A stretch of 64,000 nucleotides of DNA. Source: Kiritimatiellia bacterium (GTDB lineage: Bacteria; Verrucomicrobiota; Kiritimatiellia; JAAZAB01). The stretch lies in contig JAXGPF010000007.1 of the NCBI GenBank assembly GCA_040767085.1, forward strand, positions 1 to 64,000, written 5' to 3'. Made by a program: the position numbers and the translations under genes. Of the stretch, positions 40,607 to 49,994 are shown in pieces (positions within the stretch are counted from its first letter, which is position 1; every line of letters starts with the position of its first letter). The notes below the pieces were generated by a model, which saw only the letters and a program-made list of their open reading frames with translations, was not told the DNA's origin and did not search any database.

Positions 40607-42447
40607 CCTGATCCAAGCGAAGAATTTATGGAAATGAGAGGATAAGATGCTTGAAATGCCCGCCAGTATTGGTTAAAGTGAAGTTGATATAAAACACTAA
40701 GACCAACGAAAGGGGGCATTTCAAGTGAGCAAAGGTTACCGGGAAATCATACGGAATTGCAAGAACAAAATTGAGCGCAAACTGGCAAATTATCGCGGCG
40801 GGCATGTTGACAACACGGTGCCGGTCTTGTCGGCGAGCAACATCCATTACGAGATGGCGGACAAGGCGCAGGGGATGAATTGCGGGGGGATTGGGGCGAT
40901 CCACCAGATGGTTAAGCGCCTTGGCTTGACCGACGAGATTGACCGGCGAATGGGATTGCTGAAGCTGCATATGCCGTATCATGAATCCGATCATGTATTA
41001 AATATTGGCTACAACGTTTTACTTGGCGGCGTACGGTTGGAAGATATTGAATTAAGACGCCAGGATGAGGTGTTTCTGAAGGCGTTGCAAACCGAGAGCA
41101 TGCCTGATCCGACGACGGCGGGCGATTTTACCCGGCGTTTTACGCCGATGGACATAGAGCGGTTGATGGAGTGCTTCAATGCCGGGCGGCGGCGGGTATG
41201 GAAGAGGCGCGGGCGCAAGTTATTGAGGGACGCGTTGATTGATGTTGACGGCACGATTGCCGGGACGCTTGGGGAATGCAAGGGCGGGATGGAAATATCC
41301 TACAAGGGGGTGTGGGGGTATCACCCGCTGGTGGTGAGTTTGGCGAACACCAAAGAGGTGCTGTTTATCGAGAATCGTCCGGGGAATGTCGCCAGTCACG
41401 CAGGATGCGTTAAATGGATTGACAAGGCGATCGATCTGGTATGGCCGCATGCCCGGACGATCACCTTGCGGGGCGACACGGATTTTTCGCTCACGGCACA
41501 ATTCGATGGTTGGGCGAAGCGGGTGGATTTTGTGTTTGGGATGGACGCGCATCCCGCGTTGGTCAAAAGAGCCGAGGCGTTGTCAGAGGCTGATTACCGG
41601 CCGCTAAAGCGGAAGGCCAGGTATGAGGTTGCCACGACTGCGCGGCGGCGTCCGGAAAAAGTCAAAGAGCAGATTGTGGTGCGGCGCGAGTTCGAGAATC
41701 TGCGTTTGGACGGGGAGCAGGTGGCGGAGTTCCGGTATCGTCCTGGGAAATGCGGGCGGGATTATCGCGTGATAGCGCTGCGTAAAAACATCAGCCACAT
41801 TAAAGGCGAGGCGATGCTTTTTGACGAGATTCGATATTTCTTTTACGTCACCACCCGTGAAGATCTGACGCTGGCGCAGGTGGTGGAGTTGGCCAACGGC
41901 CGTTGCGACCAGGAAAACGTGATCGAGCAACTGAAAAACGGCGTGAATGCGATGCGTATGCCGGTGGATGACCTGGTCAGCAATTGGGCGTACATGGTAA
42001 TGGCGGCGCTGGCATGGAATTTAAAGGCGTGGTTTGCGATGATGGTTCGGCGTCAAGATCGCCGGACGGAATTGCTGCGCATGGAGTTTCGCCGGTTTTT
42101 ACACGCCATAATATTATTGCCAACACAAATTATCGTGCAGGGGCGCCGGATTACATATCGGCTTTTGGCGTACAATTCCTGGCTGACGGATTTTTTTGCG
42201 GCATGGGAATATATCCGGCGAACGAAATTCGCCTGACAACATATTTTCCCGGGCAGAAGGCTGGAGCGAGACGCAAGTTACAGTCGAGGTGTATTTAAAA
42301 CCGGCTGTATTTTGAGGAAAGCAAGGTGTGTGCTGATGGAACCGGGCAAAACGGACGCAAATCATCAAATTAATTGCACCGGGAAATCAATTTGGGTGCA
42401 TAAATCGCGAAAAATCAGAGCGCTCGAACAACCTCGCTTATTTTAGG
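40607..42447 (+). mobile_element. IS1380-family insertion sequence (1841 bp)
   Basis: Ends CCTGATCCAAGCGA / TCGCTTATTTTAGG (imperfect TIR starting CC); CCTAAT direct repeat at 40601-40606 and 42448-42453. Confidence 0.92.
40725..42236 (+). CDS. IS1380-family DDE transposase
   Basis: [52 protein letters not shown]. Confidence 0.93.
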   Translation: MSKGYREIIRNCKNKIERKLANYRGGHVDNTVPVLSASNIHYEMADKAQGMNCGGIGAIHQMVKRLGLTDEIDRRMGLLKLHMPYHESDHVLNIGYNVLLGGVRLEDIELRRQDEVFLKALQTESMPDPTTAGDFTRRFTPMDIERLMECFNAGRRRVWKRRGRKLLRDALIDVDGTIAGTLGECKGGMEISYKGVWGYHPLVVSLANTKEVLFIENRPGNVASHAGCVKWIDKAIDLVWPHARTITLRGDTDFSLTAQFDGWAKRVDFVFGMDAHPALVKRAEALSEADYRPLKRKARYEVATTARRRPEKVKEQIVVRREFENLRLDGEQVAEFRYRPGKCGRDYRVIALRKNISHIKGEAMLFDEIRYFFYVTTREDLTLAQVVELANGRCDQENVIEQLKNGVNAMRMPVDDLVSNWAYMVMAALAWNLKAWFAMMVRRQDRRTELLRMEFRRFLHAIILLPTQIIVQGRRITYRLLAYNSWLTDFFAAWEYIRRTKFA

Positions 42448-43499
42448 CCTAATACACCTGGAGAATTTATTGGAACACTTGCTAAATATTCCCAGTTATG
42501 ACCGTCATAACGATAAAGCGGCGTATCATCGTTTTTACAACCGCCATAACTCATCGCATATATTCCATCCCTAAGGACGGCCAGATTCATATCGCTCCTA
42601 TTTTCGGGATATTGTGGCACTGCAAACCATGTTATTCCATCATAACCATATTCATGATTACTTGCGCTGCGCCCGCCCATGGTTACACCGCCAATAATAT
42701 ATATTACGTCATTCCATACACCCGCGCTCATAAATGCACGCGGTTCAGGCAAGCTGTTTGTTTCAATCCATTTCACTCCATCATAACAGAACACATTTGA
42801 ACGTATGAGCATTCCACCCACTCCACCAATCGCATAAAACAGGCCTCTATACTCACATGCCGCCAAGCAGGCTCGCCCGCCGTCTATGCTTTTAATTGGC
42901 AATGACTGCACCTCGGTCCACTTATTTCCATCATACCTATATACATTCGTACTCTCACCGCCTCCTACTGCATACAACATATTACTTAACACGCCTGCCG
43001 CCATATTAGATCGTGGCTCAGGCAATCCAGGCACCTCTGTCCATTTTATTCCATCACAACAGAACACATTGGTTTTATCTTCACCCCTATCGATACCGCC
43101 AATAATATATATTTTATTATTATAGGTAGCCACAGCCATGCCATAACGCGGTTCTGGCAAACCATCTACTTCAATCCAGGCATTAATTTCTTTTGGTTTT
43201 ATTTTAATTATTCTATCATGTTTTATAATAATAGTAATAATGCATAACACAACAATGGTGATCAACATATACTTTACCATCAATTTATTAAGTTTGCATA
43301 TATTACACATAATATTCTTTGTTAATAGTTCTTATATAATATTTCGCGGGGATGGGTCTTTGAGTCAAGGTTTGAGTCATCAGTCCTGTAATAATATTTA
43401 ATATTACGATGGCCGTTCAGAACCAAGAGTTTGGAGGTTAGACAATTTGACGATTTACACCTCCTGGTCGACCAACTTCTGATCCGATTCCAACAATCT

Positions 43500-43760
43500 G
43501 CAAACTGACCAAGTTGGTCAGATCATAGGCCATGCCCGCCGATAGTTTATGGGGAGCCGGGTCTTGACCCCGAAATATCCTTCGGCACCCACGATTTCGC
43601 TCCGGGTGTTGTAGCCGTAGTGGTAAAATGTCGGGCCAGCGGGGTCGAACGCCGTCCCGCTGTATTTTACGCCTATTCTACGCCCTGCCGCGTCATTGAA
43701 GTAATCATAACGAGAGATGGTGTTGGTGTCAAAGGTGCTTTTAACACTTTTAGCACTAAA
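43500..43760 (-). pseudogene. Rhs/YD-repeat protein fragment
   Basis: Manual translation: ...STFDTNTISRYDYFNDAAGRRIGVKYSGTAFDPAGPTFYHYGYNTRSEIVGAEGY...; no start codon, and the frame decays downstream. Confidence 0.65.
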
Positions 43761-43994
43761 ATGACGTGGGGCGCATCTGCGATTCGTTGACTTACCGCCT
43801 TTTAGGAGTGCGCCCGGCTACGACGGATTTGACGGTTTTAAACGCATGCCTATCAAAAGCACAGATCGAGCCTGCGCACTCCAAGGCACTGCGCGGCCAA
43901 AGACATTGCGCAATCAATCAACTGCGTTGCCGGCGCCTGCTTGCTACAACGAATCGCAAATCCGGCCCCGTCCAGACAAATGCCAACAATCGGC

Positions 43995-44023
43995 TTGCAA
44001 AGACTGAAAAACAATCTAAACTA
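43995..44023 (+). promoter_or_regulatory. Sigma70-like promoter of the eda-kdgK operon
   Basis: TTGCAA-N16-TAAACT upstream of the AAGGAG RBS. Confidence 0.45.
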
Positions 44024-44072
44024 TCTTTTTTGTCGTGAGTGAATTACCGCAACCAAAGGAGCATACATCACC

Positions 44073-45038
44073 ATGCATGAAATCCTGCAGCAGATAGAAG
44101 AATTCGGGCTCGTGCCCATGATCAAGATTGACCAGGCCAAGGACGCCGTGCCGCTGGCCAAGGCGCTCAGCGATGGCGGACTGCCGGTGGCGGAAGTCAC
44201 GTTCCGCACCGCGGCGGCCGAGGAAGCCATCCGCAATATCGCCTCCGCCCTGCCGGAGGTCCTGATTGGCGCCGGCACCGTGACCAACGTGGCGCAGGCG
44301 GAAAAGGCGGTCAAGGCCGGGGCCAAATTCATCGTCACCCCGGGCTTCAGTTCCGCCGTGGTCAAATTCTGCGTGGACAACAAAATCCCCGTCACCCCCG
44401 GCATTGCCACGCCGACGGAAATCCAGATGGCCCTGGATCATGGCGTGGATACGGTCAAATTTTTCCCGGCGGACGCCTTTGGCGGGCTGAAAACCTTGAA
44501 AGCCATGAGCGCGCCCTACAGCATGGTCAAGTTCATCCCCACCGGCGGGATCAGCGCGGCCAACCTGGCCGAATATATCATGTTTCCCAAGGTGCTGGCC
44601 TGCGGCGGCAGTTGGCTGGCCAAGGACGAATTGATCAAGGCCGGCCAATTCGGCGAAATCACGCGCATCACCCGCGCGGCCATGGATATTGTGCTGGGAT
44701 TCGAATTCGCCCATGTCGGGTTAAATCTGCCGGACGCCGACGCCGCGCTGGGCCTGGCGCGGCAGTTTTCCGAGTTGTTCCGCTTCCCCCTGAAGGAAGG
44801 CAATAGTTCCAACTTCGCCGGCGCCGGCCTGGAAATCAACAAGCGCCCGGGTCGCGGCGCGCACGGGCACATCGCCGTGACCACCAACAGCATACCGCGG
44901 GCGCTGGCTTACCTGCGGCGCCGCGGCGTGGCGGTCAACATGGACAGCGCCAAGCAGGATGCCGCCGGCAAGCTGGCGGCGGTGTACCTGAAGGATGAAT
45001 TCGGCGGGTTTGCCGCGCACCTGCTGCAACGTAAATAG
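44073..45038 (+). CDS. eda: KDPG/KHG aldolase with a ~110-aa C-terminal extension
   Basis: EVTFRT, GAGTV, VKFFPA, FIPTGGI, ACGGSW. Confidence 0.93.
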   Translation: MHEILQQIEEFGLVPMIKIDQAKDAVPLAKALSDGGLPVAEVTFRTAAAEEAIRNIASALPEVLIGAGTVTNVAQAEKAVKAGAKFIVTPGFSSAVVKFCVDNKIPVTPGIATPTEIQMALDHGVDTVKFFPADAFGGLKTLKAMSAPYSMVKFIPTGGISAANLAEYIMFPKVLACGGSWLAKDELIKAGQFGEITRITRAAMDIVLGFEFAHVGLNLPDADAALGLARQFSELFRFPLKEGNSSNFAGAGLEINKRPGRGAHGHIAVTTNSIPRALAYLRRRGVAVNMDSAKQDAAGKLAAVYLKDEFGGFAAHLLQRK

Positions 45039-45049
45039 GAGCATTGAAT

Positions 45050-46081
45050 ATGAAAAAACGCATCGTCAGTTTCGGCGAAATCATGCTGCGCTTGAAGGCG
45101 CCCGGCTTCGAACGCCTGTTCCAATCGCCGATGCTGGAAGCCACTTTCGGCGGCGGCGAAGCCAATGTGGCGGTCTCGCTGGCTAACTTCGGCATGGATG
45201 CCTCGTTCGTCTCCGTCCTGCCTGACAATCCGATTGCCAATGCCTGCCTGGCCGAACTGCGCAAATTCGGCGTTGACACTTCCATGGTGGTCCGCGGCGC
45301 CGGGCGCATGGGGATTTATTACCTGGAAAACGGCGCCAACCAGCGCCCTTCCACGGTGGTGTACGACCGCGCGCATTCGGCCCTGGCGCTGGCCCGGCCG
45401 GGATGCCTTGACTGGCCGGCCGTCTTCAAAGGCGCCGGCTGGTTCCACATCAGCGGCATCACGCCGGCGATCAGCCAGTCCGCCGCCGACTTGTCGCTGG
45501 AAGCGGTGCAGGCGGCCAAGCAGGCGGGGCTGACGGTTTCCTGCGATTTCAATTACCGCGCCAAGCTGTGGAAATACGGCAAAAGCGCCCCGGAAGTCAT
45601 GCGCGAAATTGTCCGCTATACCGATGTCGGTATCGCCAACGAGGAGGATTGCCAGCGCTCGCTGGGCATTGCGGTGGAAACCAGGGTGGAAAATGGCGAA
45701 CTGGACGCCGGCCAATACCGGACGTTGGCGGAACATGTGCTCGAGGCCTTCCCCGATCTCCGCCTGATCGCCATCACCTTGCGCGAAAGCAAAAGCGCCG
45801 ACCATAACGGGTGGTCGGCCTGCCTGCACGACCGCCGTCAATTTTACCTGAGCCGCAAGTACGCCATCACGGATATTGTGGACCGCGTGGGCGGCGGCGA
45901 TGCCTTCGCGGCCGGCTTGATTTACGGACTGGTTTCCCGGAACCAGCCGGAACAGGCGCTGAATTTCGCCGTGGCGGCCAGTTGCCTGAAGCATTCCATC
46001 AGCGGCGATTTCAACCGGGTCAGCGTCAGCGAAGTAGAAAAACTGGCCGGCGGCGACGCTTCCGGCCGCGTGCAACGTTAA
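45050..46081 (+). CDS. kdgK: 2-dehydro-3-deoxygluconokinase (PfkB family)
   Basis: [37 protein letters not shown]; adjacent to eda. Confidence 0.9.
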   Translation: MKKRIVSFGEIMLRLKAPGFERLFQSPMLEATFGGGEANVAVSLANFGMDASFVSVLPDNPIANACLAELRKFGVDTSMVVRGAGRMGIYYLENGANQRPSTVVYDRAHSALALARPGCLDWPAVFKGAGWFHISGITPAISQSAADLSLEAVQAAKQAGLTVSCDFNYRAKLWKYGKSAPEVMREIVRYTDVGIANEEDCQRSLGIAVETRVENGELDAGQYRTLAEHVLEAFPDLRLIAITLRESKSADHNGWSACLHDRRQFYLSRKYAITDIVDRVGGGDAFAAGLIYGLVSRNQPEQALNFAVAASCLKHSISGDFNRVSVSEVEKLAGGDASGRVQR

Positions 46082-46109
46082 AGTTCGCAACCAACGAAAG
46101 GAACATGCC

Positions 46110-46559
46110 ATGTTGAAACGTTTATCCATCTGCGCTTGTGCGGCGGCGGCCGTCCTGGCGGCGTCCGCGGAACAGTCGCCGCCGGACCGCGCCAGCCAAC
46201 CGGAACCGCCGGCCCCGGCAGTGCAACCGGCCATGCCGCCGGCGATGTTTCAGCCGGTGGCCATCGACCCCGAACTGGTGCGCCAGAGCATGCAGGCGCG
46301 CGCCGAATTGGACCGGCTGAACCGCGCCATCAACGCCCGCCGGAACGCGCTTTTCGAGGGCAACGATGAATTGAAAGCGCTGCAGGCGGAAATGCGCGGA
46401 CTCCAGGAGCAAATTGACGGCATCCTGAAAAACGACGCGACCTTGCAGGAACTGCAGGCCAAGCAGCGGGAGATTGCCCCCGAATTGCCGGCCGGCGCCC
46501 GCGCCTTTCCGATGGCGCCTAAACCGCCGGCCGCCGTGACTGCTCCTGACAATGAATAG
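46110..46559 (+). CDS. Secreted coiled-coil hypothetical protein
   Basis: Signal peptide, Pro-rich flanks, heptad Q/L/E-rich core; lies within the operon. Confidence 0.7.
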   Translation: MLKRLSICACAAAAVLAASAEQSPPDRASQPEPPAPAVQPAMPPAMFQPVAIDPELVRQSMQARAELDRLNRAINARRNALFEGNDELKALQAEMRGLQEQIDGILKNDATLQELQAKQREIAPELPAGARAFPMAPKPPAAVTAPDNE

Positions 46560-46568
46560 CGTGGCGCC

Positions 46569-47378
46569 ATGTTCACGGAAAACACCGCGGTGCTCAACCA
46601 CGATGCGCTCGGCAACGGCTATCACCTGCTGAAGCTGAAATCACGGAAAATTGCGCCGGAGGTCCAGCCGGGACAATTCGTGCATTTGCGCGTGCCCGAT
46701 CTGGGCGAGGCGGTGCTCCGGCGGCCGTTCAGCGTGTATAAAACCGATGCCGACAGCCTGACGATCCTCTACCGGGAAGTCGGTGTGGGCACCCGCCGCA
46801 TGCGCCAGTTGCGCGCGGGCGACCGGCTGAGCCTGCTCGGCCCGCTGGGACACGGATTCCCGCCGGTCGCCCCGGGCAAGTTCCCCGTTTTGGTGGCCGG
46901 CGGATACGGCCTGGCGGCGCTCTACATGACCGCGGCGCGCGCGCCGGCGCCGGGGCTGGTCTGCGTGGGCGGCGCCACGGACCGCGATATCCTGTGCCTG
47001 GATGATTTCGAGCAGTTGAACTGGGAAACGCGCGTGGCGACGGAAGACGGCTCGGCGGGGGACCAGGGATTGGTGACGGATATTCTCGCGCGCTGGCTGG
47101 CCGCGGAAACCGCCGGCCGCGTTCCGGAAATATACGCCTGCGGCCCAAACGGCATGTTGCGCGCCGTCAGCGAACTGGCGGGCCGGTTGGGATACCAGGC
47201 CTGGGTCTCCATGGATCGCAACCTGGGCTGCGGCCTGGGAGCATGCCTGGCCTGCGTGCAGAAGGTGCGCCGGCGCGAAGGCGGACGGGAAACATGGCAA
47301 TGGGCGCGCATCTGCACCGAGGGCCCGGTATTTGACGCGCGCGATATCGCCTGGACGGAAACATCGGATCATGCATAA
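46569..47378 (+). CDS. pyrK: Dihydroorotate dehydrogenase electron transfer subunit
   Basis: LRRPFS, GPLGHGF, ACGP, CGLGACLAC...ICTEGPVF 2Fe-2S motif. Confidence 0.93.
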   Translation: MFTENTAVLNHDALGNGYHLLKLKSRKIAPEVQPGQFVHLRVPDLGEAVLRRPFSVYKTDADSLTILYREVGVGTRRMRQLRAGDRLSLLGPLGHGFPPVAPGKFPVLVAGGYGLAALYMTAARAPAPGLVCVGGATDRDILCLDDFEQLNWETRVATEDGSAGDQGLVTDILARWLAAETAGRVPEIYACGPNGMLRAVSELAGRLGYQAWVSMDRNLGCGLGACLACVQKVRRREGGRETWQWARICTEGPVFDARDIAWTETSDHA

Positions 47379-48303
47379 ACCCAATACCACCGTCACGCTG
47401 GCCGGCATCGCCATGAAAAATCCGGTCATGCCCGCTTCCGGCACGTTCGGCTACGGCCCGGAATTCGCGGGCGTCTTCGACCTGAACCTCCTGGGCGCCA
47501 TGGTGGTCAAGGGGATCAGCCTGGAGCCGGTAGCGGGCAACCCTACCCCGCGCATGGTCGAAACGCCAGCGGGCCTGCTGAATGCCATCGGTTTGCAGAA
47601 CCCTGGATGCGCGGCCTTTATCCGGGATTACCTGCCGTTTCTGCGGCAGTACCAGGTGCCGCTGATCGTCAACATCTGGGGCCGGACCCTGGAAGAATAC
47701 GCCGAGGTTGCCCGGCGCTTGAATGACGCGCCCGGTGTTCATGGGCTGGAATTGAACATTTCCTGCCCCAACATCAAGGCCGGCGGCATCGGCTTCGGCG
47801 TGCGCCCGGACCTGGCCCGCCAGGTCATTACCGCCGTCCGCCAGGCTGTCCGACTGCCTTTGATCGTTAAACTGCCGCCGCATTTGTTCGAAATGGCAGC
47901 CTACGCGCGGCTGGCGGAGGAATGCGGCGCCAATGCCCTTTCCATCACCAATTCCCTGCCGGCAATGACCGTGGATGTCGAAACCCGCCGGCCGACGCTG
48001 GCCAACGTCACCGGCGGATTGACCGGGCCGGCGATTTATCCGGTGGCCTTGAAACTGGTCTGGGAGGCGGCGCGGGCAACTTCTATCCCGATTATCGGCA
48101 TGGGCGGCATCGCCTCGGCGCGGGAAGCCCTGGCCTTCATCATGGCGGGCGCAACGGCCGTGGCGGTGGGCACGGCCAACTTCACCGATCCCGAAACCAT
48201 CCCCAAAGTCATCCAGGGGGTAGAAGACTACCTGGTCCGACATAACCTGCCCGATATTGCCGCCCTGCGGGGAACCCTGCGGACGGAGATGTCCGCGCAA
48301 TGA
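47371..48303 (+). CDS. pyrD: Dihydroorotate dehydrogenase family 1B catalytic subunit
   Basis: ASGTFGYG, NAIGLQNPG, ELNISCPN, GGLTGPAI, VGTANF; overlaps pyrK. Confidence 0.95.
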   Translation: MHKPNTTVTLAGIAMKNPVMPASGTFGYGPEFAGVFDLNLLGAMVVKGISLEPVAGNPTPRMVETPAGLLNAIGLQNPGCAAFIRDYLPFLRQYQVPLIVNIWGRTLEEYAEVARRLNDAPGVHGLELNISCPNIKAGGIGFGVRPDLARQVITAVRQAVRLPLIVKLPPHLFEMAAYARLAEECGANALSITNSLPAMTVDVETRRPTLANVTGGLTGPAIYPVALKLVWEAARATSIPIIGMGGIASAREALAFIMAGATAVAVGTANFTDPETIPKVIQGVEDYLVRHNLPDIAALRGTLRTEMSAQ

Positions 48304-49895
48304 CGCCGCCAATGCCAAACAGCAAGAGTCTGCGCGGGCGCCGCCTGGCAGTCCTGGTTTTACTGCCGGCATTGCTGGCCTTGACCTTGTTCTGCATCCT
48401 GCGGATGCCCTGCGACCCGCGGCGGCTGCACCAATGCGTCCCATCTTCCGCCGTCCTGGTCAGCGCGCATCATAACCTGGCGGCGCGTTACGAAGAACTC
48501 GCCACTAATGCCTTCCTGCGGCCGATGCTGCAAGCCGCGGGCTTGAATCCCGCCAACCTGAGCCCCGCCAATGCCCGGCGCCTGCGGTATTGCGCGCCAT
48601 ATATCGCCGGCCGTGAAACCCTGATGGCCTGGGCGCCCCGGATGCATGGCAACGGGCAACCCGGATTGATCCTGGTTTCCTGGATGGGGCGCGCCGGGCT
48701 GGCCGCGCGCTGGTGGCTGGAATTGCGCGCGCCCGCTCAATTGCAACGGCAGCCGGCTTATGCCGGGCATTCCATCTGGATGGCCGCCCAGCCGGTTAAT
48801 CCTGCCGGCTGGCGCCTGGCTTTCGCCATCCACGAGGGCATCCTGATCGCGCTGGTCTCACCGGACCCGGCGGGGATCAAGGAAGTCATTCAGACCGCCG
48901 AACGCTTGCGGCGGCCCGCCGACGCGCTGGCCAACCCCGATTTCCTGGCGCTCCCGCCGGAAACCGCGGACCGCTTCTGGCTGCGCCAACCCGGCGCGGC
49001 GGCGGCGGTTAACGCCATCAAACCTGGCTTGTTCAGCGCCGCCATCCATGCCGCCGCTTGGCTGCCGTCAGACACGGCCAGCCTGCAGCCAGCGGACCTG
49101 CAGCCCATGGCGAACCTGCTGGGCGACCGGCCGGTCATGGCGGCCGTTTTGCCCGCCCGGTCCGCCGGCCAACTGCTCTCGTTGCACCCGGCCCTGCAGG
49201 AGTGGGATGACCTGCTGCTGACGCCGCCGGACGGCGGCCGCCCGGATGGCGCCCTGGGTTTGGCGCTGCTTACCGGCGGCGATGGCGGCGGGCTCGGACT
49301 GGGCCCTTGGCGCATCAGTATCCCGGCCCTCATCGGCTTTATCCCTATCCGGAATCCCGCTGAAGGCCAGGCCATGGTGAAACAGACGCTGGACCGCCTG
49401 AATGCCAGCTATAAGCTGGGTTTAATTGCCGATGCCGGCGCCAATTTGCCTGACCAAGCCACTGCAAAAATATTCACGATCGAACCGACAACCGATAACT
49501 TCCTGGCGCGCCTGGCGCCGGAAGACCGTCCCGCCTATGCAATCCTCGACCGCTGGCTTTTATTCAGCAGCAATGCCGGGGCCCTGGCCCGGCGGTTCGC
49601 GCCGCCGCCCCAGGACGGCCAAACCAGCGCACGCTGGCATCAGGCCGCGAGCGCCGCGCCTTGCGCCGGCATGCTCTGGCTGGATCTCCCCCGCGCCATA
49701 CCCGCCATACAATCCGGATTAACCGCCTGGACGCTGCATCTGCGCGCGCCGGGACGGGTGGATCCGCCCGGCTGGCTCCAGATTTTACGTCAATGGCTGG
49801 ATGAATTGCGCGTCATGGAAACCGCTTGCATCCGCCTGATGCCCGGTCAGCCGACGGTCCTGGTGGACATCAGCGCCGGGAAGGATGCCGATTAA
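48300..49895 (+). CDS. Membrane-anchored hypothetical protein (weakly DUF3352-like)
   Basis: ATGA overlap with the pyrD stop; single N-terminal TM segment; 531-aa ORF. Confidence 0.65.
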   Translation: MTPPMPNSKSLRGRRLAVLVLLPALLALTLFCILRMPCDPRRLHQCVPSSAVLVSAHHNLAARYEELATNAFLRPMLQAAGLNPANLSPANARRLRYCAPYIAGRETLMAWAPRMHGNGQPGLILVSWMGRAGLAARWWLELRAPAQLQRQPAYAGHSIWMAAQPVNPAGWRLAFAIHEGILIALVSPDPAGIKEVIQTAERLRRPADALANPDFLALPPETADRFWLRQPGAAAAVNAIKPGLFSAAIHAAAWLPSDTASLQPADLQPMANLLGDRPVMAAVLPARSAGQLLSLHPALQEWDDLLLTPPDGGRPDGALGLALLTGGDGGGLGLGPWRISIPALIGFIPIRNPAEGQAMVKQTLDRLNASYKLGLIADAGANLPDQATAKIFTIEPTTDNFLARLAPEDRPAYAILDRWLLFSSNAGALARRFAPPPQDGQTSARWHQAASAAPCAGMLWLDLPRAIPAIQSGLTAWTLHLRAPGRVDPPGWLQILRQWLDELRVMETACIRLMPGQPTVLVDISAGKDAD

Positions 49896-49947
49896 ATGCG
49901 CGCGTCGGGAATAATTTTCGCCCATCTGAAAACTAAACGAAAACCAT

Positions 49948-49976
49948 TGACCGGCAAGCGCTGAAACGATATTCTA
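49948..49976 (+). promoter_or_regulatory. Sigma70-like promoter
   Basis: TTGACC-N17-TATTCT upstream of the DUF2723 gene. Confidence 0.5.
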
Positions 49977-49994
49977 AAGATCAGTTTTTAACGG

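Larger units (their letters stand above)
40501..43310 (-). pseudogene. Kelch-repeat beta-propeller protein (~320 aa) interrupted by IS1380
   Basis: Repeats LPEPR..MA......IY.IGG.....TNV..YDG..W; removing 40607-42447 and one CCTAAT restores ...NSPGVLG-VLNDEIYSIGGY...YVPAKKK* in frame; markedly AT-rich. Confidence 0.88.
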
